Below are positions 1 through 9,889 of a DNA stretch of 44,612 nucleotides, in pieces. Under the pieces are notes generated by a model. It worked only from the letters and a program-made list of their open reading frames with translations. It was not told the DNA's origin and did no database searches. Location: contig JAKJEE010000002.1 in the NCBI GenBank assembly GCA_022705625.1, positions 1 through 44,612 on the forward strand. Direction: 5' to 3'. How positions within the stretch are numbered: the first letter of the stretch is position 1; each line of letters opens with the position of its first letter. The DNA comes from Patescibacteria group bacterium. GTDB taxonomy: Bacteria; Patescibacteriota; Minisyncoccia; UBA6257; JAKLIH01. A program made the translations under genes and the position numbers.

Positions 1-2456
1 GATTGATTCTTGCCAAACATTTCCCCTGGCCCACGTAATTTTAAATCGATTTCAGCCAATTTAAAACCATCATGGCAATCAACCATGGCCTCTAATCTTT
101 CTTTTGTAGTTTTACTATTTGACTCGGTAAAAAGAAAACAATATGATTGATAATTACCCCGGCCAACTCGACCACGGAATTGATGAAGTTGAGATAGTCC
201 AAAACTTTCCGTGCCCATGATCAACATGACGCTCGCATTAGGAACATCAATACCAACTTCAATAACGGAAGTTGCAACCAATAAATTAATTTCATTATTA
301 TAAAACTTTTTCATAATCAATTCTTTCTCTTTGGATTTCATTTTACCATGAAGCATTTCAATTTGAAATTCGGGAAAAACTTTTTTCATCTTTTCCACTT
401 CTTTCTTGACGGCTTTAACTTCATAATTTAAAAGCTGATCAAAAGAAAATAAATTTTTGGCTTTTTTAGTGCCGTCTTCATTGGTTTCTTCAGCAATTTC
501 AATCCGAGGGCAAATCACAAAAGCTTGGCGTCCATTTTTTATTTCTTGGCGAATAAATTCAAACATTGGTTTCTCTTTTGATTTGGTCACGATTTTGGTT
601 ATAATAGCTTTTCGATTTTTAGGCATTTCGTCTAAAATTGATAAATCCAAATCACCGTAAATTGACAGTGCTAATGTGCGTGGAATTGGCGTAGCAGTCA
701 TGGATAAAAAGTGCGGAAGCAATACGCTATCCAAACAATCCGAACAACCCGAACGATTCGAATATTCTGAGTTCAAAACTCTTTTGGGTTTTAGATATTT
801 TTGAGTAAAATTTACTAATAAGCCCAGCTCTAAATTTGTTGTTTTTAAATATCTCAAAATTTGATTATAGTCAATTTTCTCGATATATGGCTTTGACTTT
901 AACTCAACAATAATTTTATCTTCGATAATAAAATCAGCAAAATTTGATTTTATATCAGCAATTTCGATCGGGACTTCTCGCTGAAAGTTAATATTATTTT
1001 CTTTTAATTTTTGTGCCAATAAATCGCCATACTGCCTTTCGCGACAAAATCTACCAATTTCATCGTGAATTTCAAGGAATATTTTATTCAACTTAAAAGA
1101 TAAATCTTTTTCAATAATTTTATCATTTTGATGTTTTGTTGCTTTCTCTTCGGATAATTCGGATGGGTTCGGGTTGTTAGGGTGGCGAAGCAGTTCTTTG
1201 CGCTGTTTGATACCAAAACGATGTTGTTCATCAATAATAACCAAACCTAATTTTTCAAAATCAATATTTTTTTGGATTAAAGCATGGGTGCCAACTACCA
1301 ATCACTGAGTGCCCTCTTTGATACTCTTTAATAAATATTCTTTGGAAACTTTACCTTCGATAAAGCCATCTTTAATTTGAACCCCTTCGCCAGTCATTAA
1401 AGCAACTTTTATATTAAATGGTTCCAAATATTTTATAATACTTTGATAGTGTTGTTTGGCTAACACTTCGGTTGGTGCCATAAAAGCCACTTGTCAACCC
1501 TGTTTTATACATAATAAAGCCACAGATACTGCTACAATGGTTTTACCCGAGCCAACATCGCCTTCCAGTAAACGATTCATTGGCGATCCACTTTCTAAAT
1601 CTTTCATCACATCCCAAATGGCTTTCTTTTGAGAATTGGTTAAAATAAAAGGTAGAGTTGATAAAAATTGCTTTGTTAAATCAATGTCGGCTTTAATTTT
1701 TGGAGCTTTATTTTTTGACATCTTGTCTTTGATACGCATTAAATGAAGTTGAGTTAACAACATTTCTTCAAACACAAAACGATTGCGAGCTTGAGTGGCC
1801 TCGTCAATTGTTTCGGGAAAATGGATTTTGTGCAAAGCATCTTTTAAATTAAATAATTTATTTCTTCTTTTAGTTTCGGCCGGTAAATAATCAATAAATT
1901 CTGCGTCGAATGTATCTAATAATCTTTTAACATAATTGCGCAACATTTTAGAACTCACTCCACTGGTTTCTGGATATACGGGGATTAAGCGGCCAGTATG
2001 CTTTAAATTGTTAATATCAATATCTTCGTAATCTTCTTTGCCAGAAATAATTTCAAAAGCTGGACTTTGGAAAACAAAATGTTTGCCCTTGGTTTTGGGT
2101 TTGCCAGAAACAGTAACAATCGTGCCGTTTTTAATTTGATTAGCAATAAACGGCTGGTTAAACCAAACTAAATCAGCCGACCCAGTGTCATCAATAATTT
2201 TACCTTCGGTTAATAGTATTTTGCGTCGATAAGTTCGATAGCTTTTTAATTTTTCAACTTTACCAATAATGGTGGCTGGTTCATCAAGTTGCAAATCAAT
2301 AATTGGCTTAATATTAGTAAAATCTTGGTAACGAAAAGGAAAATGTCACAATAAATCTTTTATGACATTGATGTTTAAATTTTTTAGTTTGTCTTGATAA
2401 TATTTGCCAACCCCATAGAGGTTAGAAATATCATCGGTTAGTTTTATATCGGACAT
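1..2456 (-). CDS. recG: ATP-dependent DNA helicase RecG. The C-terminal end runs off the window. Read with TGA=Trp (in-frame TGA at 1302, 1494 and 2346).
   Basis: The frame is open from ATG 2454-2456 down to position 3, with no TAA/TAG (checked codon by codon for 3-1301). Motifs present: GDVGSGKT, VIIDEQHRFG, MTATPIPRTLA, QLHQFRGRVGRG. ORF-track pieces 1302..1490 and 1494..2294 share this frame. Confidence 0.9.
723..1187 (-). other. In-frame ~155-aa insertion in RecG between motif II (DEQH) and motif III (TATPIPR). It encodes a PD-(D/E)XK nuclease-like GxxExxY/PDDEXK_3-type domain and is bounded by imperfect ~35-bp inverted repeats.
   Basis: The translation IGRFCRERQYGDLLAQKLKENNINFQREVPIEI..ADFIIEDKIIVELKSKP..QILRYLKTTNLELGLLVNF..KRVL matches my recollection of the GxxExxY family, including the D...ELK catalytic-type motif. 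The normal RecG spacing here is about 20 aa. The inverted-repeat arms are 735-770 and 1146-1184 and share the core AACAACCCGAAC. Confidence 0.6.
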
Positions 2457-2514
2457 ATTAAATATTTATAGAAATATTTTAACAAATTTTTGAATTAATG
2501 TCATTATAAAAAGA

Positions 2515-2755
2515 AAAACGGCAACCTGTTTAAGGCAGATTGCCGGCCGAGGATAGCCAGTATTGGACATTGTTTTCGCGGATGGCGAAAGCTATTGAAA
2601 ATACATATTTCTATAATATTTTCTTTGAACGATACTGAACTATTTTAGTGATTTTTTCGTTCACCACTACTTATCACTTAGAATTCCTCTGTTACGTTGA
2701 CTCCACTGCTTGTGGTCGCAGCTTTATGCTTATAGCATAAGTATCTAATGTACAT
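2515..2755 (-). ncRNA. Putative ~240-nt hairpin-rich small RNA or leader between hisS and recG.
   Basis: A minus-strand promoter TTGATT-16-TATAAT lies at 2762-2789. Several internal hairpins are present (CTTATGC/GCATAAG, TTTCGC/GCGAAA, AGTGAT/ATCACT). An intrinsic terminator CGGCAA.CTG/CAG.TTGCCG plus a T-run lies at 2517-2550. No ORF is present. Confidence 0.3.
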
Positions 2756-2932
2756 ACTATTATTATATAATAATATTTAGAAAAATCAAGTTTTGGATAA
2801 AAAATGAGCGACTCCTTTATGAGAAGCCGCGCGCATATCAAAAAATAATAAATAAAGAACAAATTTTACTCCCCTTTTAGTATCATTGCCAATTGGCAAT
2901 GTATCCAAGAGGAGGCCTTCTTGGAATAGCTA

Positions 2933-3001
2933 TGATATAATTTAACATAGAAATAAAAAATGTCAAATGAAATAGCGGCCCATATCGCGAGCCGCTTTTT
3001 C
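2933..3001 (+). promoter_or_regulatory. Tiny plus-strand transcription unit: an extended -10 promoter (TGATATAAT) followed by a GC hairpin and T-run.
   Basis: TGATATAAT lies at 2933-2941. The hairpin AGCGGC..GCCGCT plus TTTTT lies at 2974-3001. Only a 19-codon ORF fits between them. Confidence 0.3.
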
Positions 3002-3241
3002 TTGAGAACTAAAATATAAAATAAAGAACGAGTTTTTGAGTAGGAAGGTGACTAATCTTCCTACTACAAGTGTCTTTATATTTAAATTAGGAGGTTAAAT
3101 AGACAAAGACCGAGTTAGACAAAGAATGAAAATCTTCGGTCTTGGATGCAAGACACTAATGTTAACTTATCATAAAAACACAAATGTGTCAAGCTTGAAA
3201 ACAAGACATTATCACTCTCAAAATGGCCACAAAAACACACT

Positions 3242-3278
3242 AAAAAAGAGCAGCCCACGTTGTTAAGTTGACTGCTCT
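3242..3278 (-). terminator. Intrinsic terminator of hisS.
   Basis: The stem AGAGCAG/CTGCTCT is followed on the minus strand by a T-run, 17 nt after the hisS TAA. Confidence 0.7.
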
Positions 3279-3294
3279 TTAAAGTAATGGCTAA

Positions 3295-4575
3295 TTAAAA
3301 TTTTAAAGACGCCAATAAATCATCTTTTTTGACTTCGATTTGTTCTTTGGAAATTAAATTTTTTACTGTTAAAATTCCTTTAGTTTTTTCATCTGGACCA
3401 TAAATAATTAAATATTTACAGTTTTTTGATAAAGCATACTTGATTTGATCGCCCAATTTATCGGCCGACAAATAGATTTCGGAATTAATATTATTATCAG
3501 TCAAAAATTTTAACAATTCTAAGCAATCACCTTTCATGGTATCGTCAAACAAAGCAATGAGAACTGATTTCTTTTCATTTTGTATTTCTTGATCATCTAA
3601 AAGACCAAAAATTCTTTCAATGCCGATAGAACCTCCACAAGCTGGAGTTTTATTGCCATTAAAAATACTAGTTAAACTATCATATCTACCGCCACCAGCA
3701 ATAGTTGAACCTAAATCAGGACTATAGAATTCAAAAATAGTGCTAGTATAATAGTCGAAACCTCTAACTAAAGTTTTACAAAAATAGATATTGATATCCG
3801 ACAAGAAAGGTCTGGCTAAAGCCATAATAGTATTAATTTGATTAATGATAGTTAAAATTTCTGGTTTATCTTTACAATAATTTTCAAAGTCAGATTCATT
3901 GCTTAAAATCTTTAAAATATTTTTGGAAATAGTTTCATCAAAATCTTTTGATTTTAACTCTTCTAAAACACCGTCAAAACCAATCTTGTCTTGTTTATCA
4001 AGACAAGTCATAAAAGTTTTTAAATCTACTATACCAAAACTTTCTAAAAATTTCTTCAAAAAATCTCTGGAGCTAATTTTTAAAGAAAGATTTTTCAAAT
4101 TAAAACATTCCAGAGCTTGCGCTAAAGCTAAGAACGTTTCCACTTCAACTAAGTTTGAGCTAGAACCGATGGTATCAATATCACATTGATAAAATTCACG
4201 AAATCTACCCCGCCCGGCCCGTTCGGCACGTCAGACTTTATCAATACAATAACGTTTAAAAACTTTGGGCAAATCATTTTGATATTCAGTGTAAAAGCGT
4301 GATAAAGGAACGGTAAGGTCATAACGAAGACCAAGATCGCTACCTTCTTCGGATTTATCGCCTCGTTTTTGAATTTGAAAAATAAGCTTTTCGTTTTCTT
4401 CTTGACTGCTAAATTTGCCATTTAAAACCTCAATTCGTTCCAAAACGGGTGTGTCAATTGGATCATAATTAAACTTTTCAAAAATTTGTTTTATCTGATT
4501 TATAATTTGTTCTTTTTTTCTAAGCTCATTTGGCAAAGTATCTCGCATACCAGATGGCGGTTTTGAACTAATCAT
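3295..4575 (-). CDS. hisS: Histidine--tRNA ligase (426 aa), with one in-frame TGA=Trp at 4231-4233.
   Basis: ORF-track pieces 3295..4143 and 4231..4575 are in the same frame. Motif 2 reads [25 protein letters not shown]. The GGGRYD motif 3 region is present. Confidence 0.95.
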
Positions 4576-4715
4576 ACTTAATATTTAATAATTATATGTA
4601 AATATTACCATAAAAATTGAAATATTGCAAAAAAAATGACTATTCATTACTACACTTTTTATGAGCGGTCATTTTTTCAATACTACTGTTTGACCTTAAT
4701 AATTGACCGCCTGCT

Positions 4716-4751
4716 TGATGAAACGCCGCAAGGCGGCGTTCCATTGAAAAG
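4716..4751. repeat. GC-rich palindromic hairpin element, copy 1 (AACGCCGC..GCGGCGTTCCATTGAAAAG).
   Basis: It is a near-identical copy of the perfect 33-nt palindrome at 24161-24193. Both are intergenic. Confidence 0.7.
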
Positions 4752-5006
4752 TAGAAAATTATAAAAATTTTATGCAAAACATAAGAAAAATCAAATGTAA
4801 AAAGTTAAAAGTTAAAATCAAAGTTCAAAAATAAATACAAAACTTCTATAAAACGATTCCTCCTTCTATCGGTTTTTAACAAAGCAATCATTAATAAATA
4901 AATTTGCTACAACAATACATATAAAAATTATATATTCTAAACCTTAAATCTATCACGGATACGAATTACCGCTCGTCACTAATCGGTGACGAGCGGTTAA
5001 ACACAT

Positions 5007-5288
5007 TCATGTCGCAGACGAATCGGTGACATCGTCAGTTGGTGGTGGAAATGAATCAAGCGAACCGTCGTTGTCTTTAGTGGTCGGGGTATCGTCAGTA
5101 TAAAGTTCATACTCACCGAGTAATTCTTCCCAACTGCCAAACGATTCTGGAAAAATATACTTGGTTAATTTTGCCATCCAATTGGCAACATGCTGATTGA
5201 TGGTGTTTATCAATTTCTCATCATCGGTTTGGACGGTAATACAAATTGGGAGATGATCGGGATTGCTAATCTTAAAAACTCGTTTCAT
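5007..5288 (-). CDS. Hypothetical 93-aa protein with an acidic, Pro/Thr-rich tail (cassette gene).
   Basis: It has an ATG with a GGGGG Shine-Dalgarno-like run upstream. It is GC-richer than its flanks. Both Trp codons are TGG. It ends in TGA, followed by the hairpin at 4968-4997. Confidence 0.5.
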   Translation of the reverse strand: MKRVFKISNPDHLPICITVQTDDEKLINTINQHVANWMAKLTKYIFPESFGSWEELLGEYELYTDDTPTTKDNDGSLDSFPPPTDDVTDSSAT

Positions 5289-5398
5289 TTTTTTACCCCC
5301 TATATTAAATTTCTTTGTTTAAATTAACATAATATTGATTATCTGTCAAATAAAAACACCACTCAAAATTATGTTGATGAGCGGTGTTATTTGCGTCT

Positions 5399-5644
5399 TT
5401 AATTAATGCGGGGTCGCTGACTTAACGTCAGCTGATCTTCAAGACGGCGATTTTGTCTTTTGCTTTTGGTGATTTCTTTCTGAAGCTCACCTTTTTCGAT
5501 CTCTAAAATAACAATTGCTTTTTTTTGCTGTTCAATAATCGGCAAAAGTGCTTTGAAAGTGTAATCGGCGGCATTAACTGTGCCATCTTCAATTTCTTCT
5601 TTGAGTTTGTTGACGATCTTATCGATCTCTTTTGCATCTAACAA
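5399..5644 (-). CDS. Hypothetical 81-aa coiled-coil protein (cassette gene).
   Basis: An AGGAGG-type Shine-Dalgarno site is present. The ORF overlaps the upstream ORF by 7 nt and ends in TAA. Confidence 0.5.
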   Translation of the reverse strand: MLDAKEIDKIVNKLKEEIEDGTVNAADYTFKALLPIIEQQKKAIVILEIEKGELQKEITKSKRQNRRLEDQLTLSQRPRIN

Positions 5645-5841
5645 TTTTTGCCTCCTTTCTTGAGCCAGTTAAAAAATCGATACCACCAAAGTTCGTGCAC
5701 CTCAATAATTTGAAACGCACTGGTGGTTTTCTTTAAAACAGCGCAGGCTGGATTTGTAATCTCGCCGATAAATTCACAAGCGTGATCGCATCCCGGCCGA
5801 TGGCATATTAAAATCGCCTTTTTTACATTTCCTTCTTCCAT
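5638..5841 (-). CDS. Hypothetical 67-aa Cys/His-rich small protein (cassette gene).
   Basis: An AGGAGGAGG Shine-Dalgarno site lies directly upstream of the ATG. The motif CHRPGCDHAC..C is present. All three Trp codons are TGG. The stop is TAG. Confidence 0.5.
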   Translation of the reverse strand: MEEGNVKKAILICHRPGCDHACEFIGEITNPACAVLKKTTSAFQIIEVHELWWYRFFNWLKKGGKNC

Positions 5842-5912
5842 GCCTCCTCCTAATTAAATATTTAAATATTAATTTGCTGAATAAATATTACCACAAATAT
5901 ATTAATATGTCA

Positions 5913-5926
5913 AAGACACATGTCTT
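5913..5926. promoter_or_regulatory. Operator-like palindrome AAGACA-CA-TGTCTT in a divergent promoter region.
   Basis: It sits between the divergent ORFs 5638..5841 (-) and 5986..6243 (+). Confidence 0.35.
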
Positions 5927-5985
5927 GAAAATTGATTAAATTTGTGCTAAGGTTTTAAAAGCTGTTTAAAAAATAGGAGGATTAA

Positions 5986-6243
5986 ATGGGATTAATTAGT
6001 AGTAAAAGAGATGAACATGACAAATTTATCGATCAACAGATTCAAAAATGGATTAAACAAAAACTATCAAACGACGGTTTAATTCAAAATCGTTTGATTA
6101 TCTATTTGACTGGCTTGATCCATACTGGACACAAAAACTATGTCAAAGCGAAAATTGATGAAATTGTTCAACGCTTATCTAACAATGGTTTTGAAATAAA
6201 CCAATATCAGGAAGTGTTGAACCTAAAGAAAGAATGCGAATAG
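5986..6243 (+). CDS. Hypothetical 85-aa protein (cassette gene).
   Basis: An AGGAGG Shine-Dalgarno site lies 7 nt upstream of the ATG. The stop is TAG, followed by a bidirectional terminator. Confidence 0.55.
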   Translation: MGLISSKRDEHDKFIDQQIQKWIKQKLSNDGLIQNRLIIYLTGLIHTGHKNYVKAKIDEIVQRLSNNGFEINQYQEVLNLKKECE

Positions 6244-6245
6244 TC

Positions 6246-6280
6246 AAAAAAGCGTTTACAAAAAATGTAAACGCTTTTTC
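6246..6280. terminator. Bidirectional intrinsic terminator between 5986..6243 and ppdK.
   Basis: The stem AGCGTTTACA/TGTAAACGCT is flanked by A and T runs. Confidence 0.7.
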
Positions 6281-6310
6281 AACTATATAATTTTTATTAA
6301 ATATAAAAAT

Positions 6311-8983
6311 TTAAAGTTTTTCTTCGATCACCGCTTGAGCCGCTGCTAATTTAGCAACCGGCACACGATAGGGTGAGCAAGAAACATAGGTGAGACCGAG
6401 TTTATGACAAAATTTTACACTTTCGGGATCGCCACCGTGTTCACCACAAATACCAATCTTTAAATCTTTTTTTACTTTTCGGCCCAGCGTTACGCCCATG
6501 GCCACTAATTTACCAATACCCTTTTGATCAAGCGTTTGGAATGGATCATTATCTAAAATCTTTTTATTTAAATAAATTTTAATAAATTTACCGGCATCGT
6601 CTCGAGAAAAACCCATGCCCATTTGAGTTAAATCATTGGTACCAAATGAAAAGAAATCGGCTTCTTTGGCAATTTCGTCAGCTGTTAAAGCGGCGCGAGG
6701 CACTTCAATCATGGTGCCAATTTTATAATCAAGTTTGACTTTATATTCTTTTAATATTTCTTCAGCAATTCTAATCGTTAGATTTTTCTGATCAATTAAT
6801 TCTTTGACATTACCAACGAGTGGAATCATAATTTCGGGAATAACTTTAATTTTTTCTTTTTTATATAATTCGCAAGCGGCTGACATAATCGCTCGAACTT
6901 GCATTTCGGTAATTTCGGAATAAGTTATACCTAAACGACAACCACGATGACCAAGCATTGGATTTTGTTCATGAAGTTCTTGGGATTTTTTCATAATCTT
7001 TTCAACTGGAATATCAATCGTGGCGGCTAATTCTTTAGCGGCCTCGTTGGTTTTTGGCAAAAACTCATGAAGAGGTGGGTCTAATGTTCGGATAGTTACA
7101 GGAAAGCCCTTCATAGTTTTAAATAAACCATAAAAATCTTCTTTTTGGAATGGTAAAAGTTTATTTAAAGCTTTGCGACGTTCTTGTTCAGTATCAGCCA
7201 AAATCATTTCTTGCATATAAGGCAATCTTTGGGAATCAAAAAACATATGCTCAGTTCGACAAAGACCAATGCCTTCGGCACCAAATTGATTGGCAACTTT
7301 GGCATCTCGAGGAACATCAGCGTTCGCTCTAACTTTTAGTTTAGCAATATTATCGGCTCATTTCATAAAAGTTTTAAATTCACCTTCTATTTCCGGCATA
7401 ATGGTATCAGCTTTACCTAAGATTACATTGCCATTATTACCGTCAATGGTAATATAGTCGCCTTCTTTGATAATATATTTTCCTTCATCATTGTTAGCAG
7501 TAAAGCATTTTTTGATCATATCAATTTTAATGTCTTCGCAACCAACCACGGCACATTTACCCATACCCCGAGCTACAACAGCCGCATGCGACGTCATACC
7601 ACCTCGAGCAGTCAAAACCCCTTGAGCAACGTTCATACCATTAATATCATCGGGCGATGTTTCATCACGAACCAAAATCACTTTCTCGCCTGATTCTGAT
7701 CAAGCCACCGCTTCATCAGGATCAAATACGACTTTGCCAGTACCAGCCCCAGGCGAAGCAGGAAGTCCTTTGGCAATAATTTCTATTTTGGCTTTAGAAT
7801 CAACTACTGGATGAAGCAGTTGATTAATTTGATTAGGGTCAATACGCATTAAGGCCTCATTAACAGTAATAAGTTTTTCATTAACCATATCAACAGCAAT
7901 TTTTATACCGGATCGAATACTTCTTTTACCACTACGAGTTTGGAGCATATACAAAATATCATTTTCAATTGTAAATTCAAAATCTTGCATATCTTTATAG
8001 TGCTTTTCGAGATTAGTCGTGACTTCAACTAATTGCTTAAATACTTTTGGCATATCCTTTTTAAGATTAATGATTGGTTGGGGGGTTCTCACGCCAGCCA
8101 CGACATCTTCACCTTGAGCATTAATTAAATATTCTCCATAAAATTCTTTTTTGCCAGTAGAAGGGTTACGAGTAAAACCAACTCCCGTTGCACAATTATC
8201 ACCCATATTGCCAAAAACCATAGCTTGAACATTAACAGCCGTGCCTAAATTATCAGGAATTTTATTAATTTGGCGATAAGTGATGGCGCGAGGATTATTC
8301 CAACTTTTAAAAACCGCATCGCGAGCCATAGCTAATTGAGTTAAAACATCTTGAGGAAAATCTTTGCCAATTTTAGCTTTGACTAACTTTTTATATTTAT
8401 CGATTAAATCTTTTAAATCAATATAAGAAACTTCATAATCATATTTTATCTTTTTGGCATCTTTTAATTTATGCAAAAATTCTTCAAATTCCGATTTATC
8501 AATACCAAGCACAACATCAGAAAACATCATTATAAATCGGCGATAGGAATCATAGGCAAAACGCGGATTATTTGATTGACTCGATAAAGCTTCAACAGTA
8601 ATATCGTTTAATCCTAAATTTAAAATTGTATCCATCATCCCTGGCATTGAAAATTTTGAACCAGAGCGCACTGAAACTAAAAGCGGATTTTTATTATCAC
8701 CAAATTTTTTACCACTAGCTTTTTCCAATTTACTAATCGCTTGCTCAAATTGATTTTGAAAATCAATGGGTAATTTTTTGTTATGACGATAATAATAATT
8801 GCAAACTTGAGTAACGATTGTAAAACCGGGTGGAACCGGAACACCAATTTTGGTCATTTCAGCCAGTCCAGCCCCTTTACCACCTAACAATTCTTTCATC
8901 GAACCATTACCGTCGGCTTTGCCATTTTGAAAGCTGTAAATATATTTTTCAACCTTAGTCGTCTTCACCTTTTTTGTGGTCAT
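6311..8983 (-). CDS. ppdK: Pyruvate, phosphate dikinase (890 aa), with two in-frame TGA=Trp at 7358 and 7700.
   Basis: The three ORF-track pieces are in the same frame. Motifs present: [16 protein letters not shown] (phospho-His loop), [10 protein letters not shown] and [13 protein letters not shown]. Confidence 0.95.
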
Positions 8984-9132
8984 AAAATTTATTTAATCTT
9001 TTATTAATTTTTGATTTTAAACTTTTATTTTTTACTATTTTTTTACCAATTACTTTTCACTGTTTGCTCTTTTACACGAGCGGTTTTATTGTAGCAAATT
9101 TTTTTTATAAAAACAATGGAAATATACCTCCT

Positions 9133-9161
9133 TTGACATAATTTATATAATATGGTACAAT
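9133..9161 (+). promoter_or_regulatory. Sigma70-type promoter TTGACA-17-TACAAT.
   Basis: The hexamers lie at 9133-9138 and 9156-9161, about 30 nt upstream of the 9193 ATG. Confidence 0.55.
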
Positions 9162-9192
9162 TTATTTAGAAACTTGAAAGGAGATCTAAATA

Positions 9193-9771
9193 ATGAAATA
9201 CATTATTGTTTTGTGTCAAGGCATCTCGACCAGTGGCGAAGTGTCCCCTCAAACCAAACAACTTATTCGATTTGTTTTGGATAAGGGAATGTCTACACAA
9301 ATAGATGTTGGAAAAATTATTGTTTCTGGCGGATACAGAGACAAAAATGGCAATATCGAAGCTGATACGGCTAAAAAGTATTTGCGACTTTGTCATGCTG
9401 CTATGGTTGATCCACAATGTGTCACTACCATATTTTTTATGGACAGCTTTATTTTCGAAAGAAGCTCGTCTTTCAAAAAAGGCGGTAATATCTCAAATTT
9501 AGTTGAGAGCCGCAAGATAATTCAAGCAGAGTTGGGTTTAGGTGATGAAATCATTATCATTACCAGTAAACCGTGCGCTTTCCGAACTATGTGGGCAGCC
9601 AGACGAGTATTCCCCGAACAAAAAATCAAAATTATCGGTCAAAAAATGATTTATGGTAACAATGTTCAATTCCGAAACAGCAATGAATTGATTTTTTGGA
9701 TCTGGAATTTCATACTCACTATTGCCACCATTGTGTATTTGTTTTTATCTCCGATCCAAAATGAAAAATGA
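9193..9771 (+). CDS. DUF218 (YdcF/ElyC-like) family protein, 192 aa. Under table 4 it would read on to the TAA at 9808-9810.
   Basis: The SGGYRD..EADTAKKYL pattern fits DUF218. An AAGGAG Shine-Dalgarno site is present. All three Trp codons are TGG. It ends in TGA, followed by a terminator hairpin. Confidence 0.7.
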   Translation: MKYIIVLCQGISTSGEVSPQTKQLIRFVLDKGMSTQIDVGKIIVSGGYRDKNGNIEADTAKKYLRLCHAAMVDPQCVTTIFFMDSFIFERSSSFKKGGNISNLVESRKIIQAELGLGDEIIIITSKPCAFRTMWAARRVFPEQKIKIIGQKMIYGNNVQFRNSNELIFWIWNFILTIATIVYLFLSPIQNEK

Positions 9772-9777
9772 ATTCTA

Positions 9778-9808
9778 AAAGGCCGCATGCAAATTGCCCC
9801 GGCCTTTT
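9778..9808 (+). terminator. Intrinsic terminator hairpin AAAGGCCG..CGGCCTTTT.
   Basis: It starts 7 nt after the TGA at 9769-9771. Confidence 0.6.
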
Positions 9809-9828
9809 AAAGTTTGCGATTAATCAAT

Positions 9829-9877
9829 TTTTGATTTTTGATTTTCACTTTTGACATTTGACTTTTGAGATTTGACT
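9829..9877. repeat. Degenerate heptad array, about 7 units of TTTTGAC-like sequence.
   Basis: The sequence reads ttttgat ttttgat tttcac ttttgac atttgac ttttgag atttgac. It lies in the convergent gap just past the smc stop. Confidence 0.7.
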
Positions 9878-9889
9878 GAATTTTTATAT

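Noticed and set aside
9166-9502. ORFs 9166..9417 (-) and 9305..9502 (+) overlap the DUF218 gene.
   Set aside because: They are alternative-frame or antisense overlaps of a better-supported ORF that has its own promoter and Shine-Dalgarno site.
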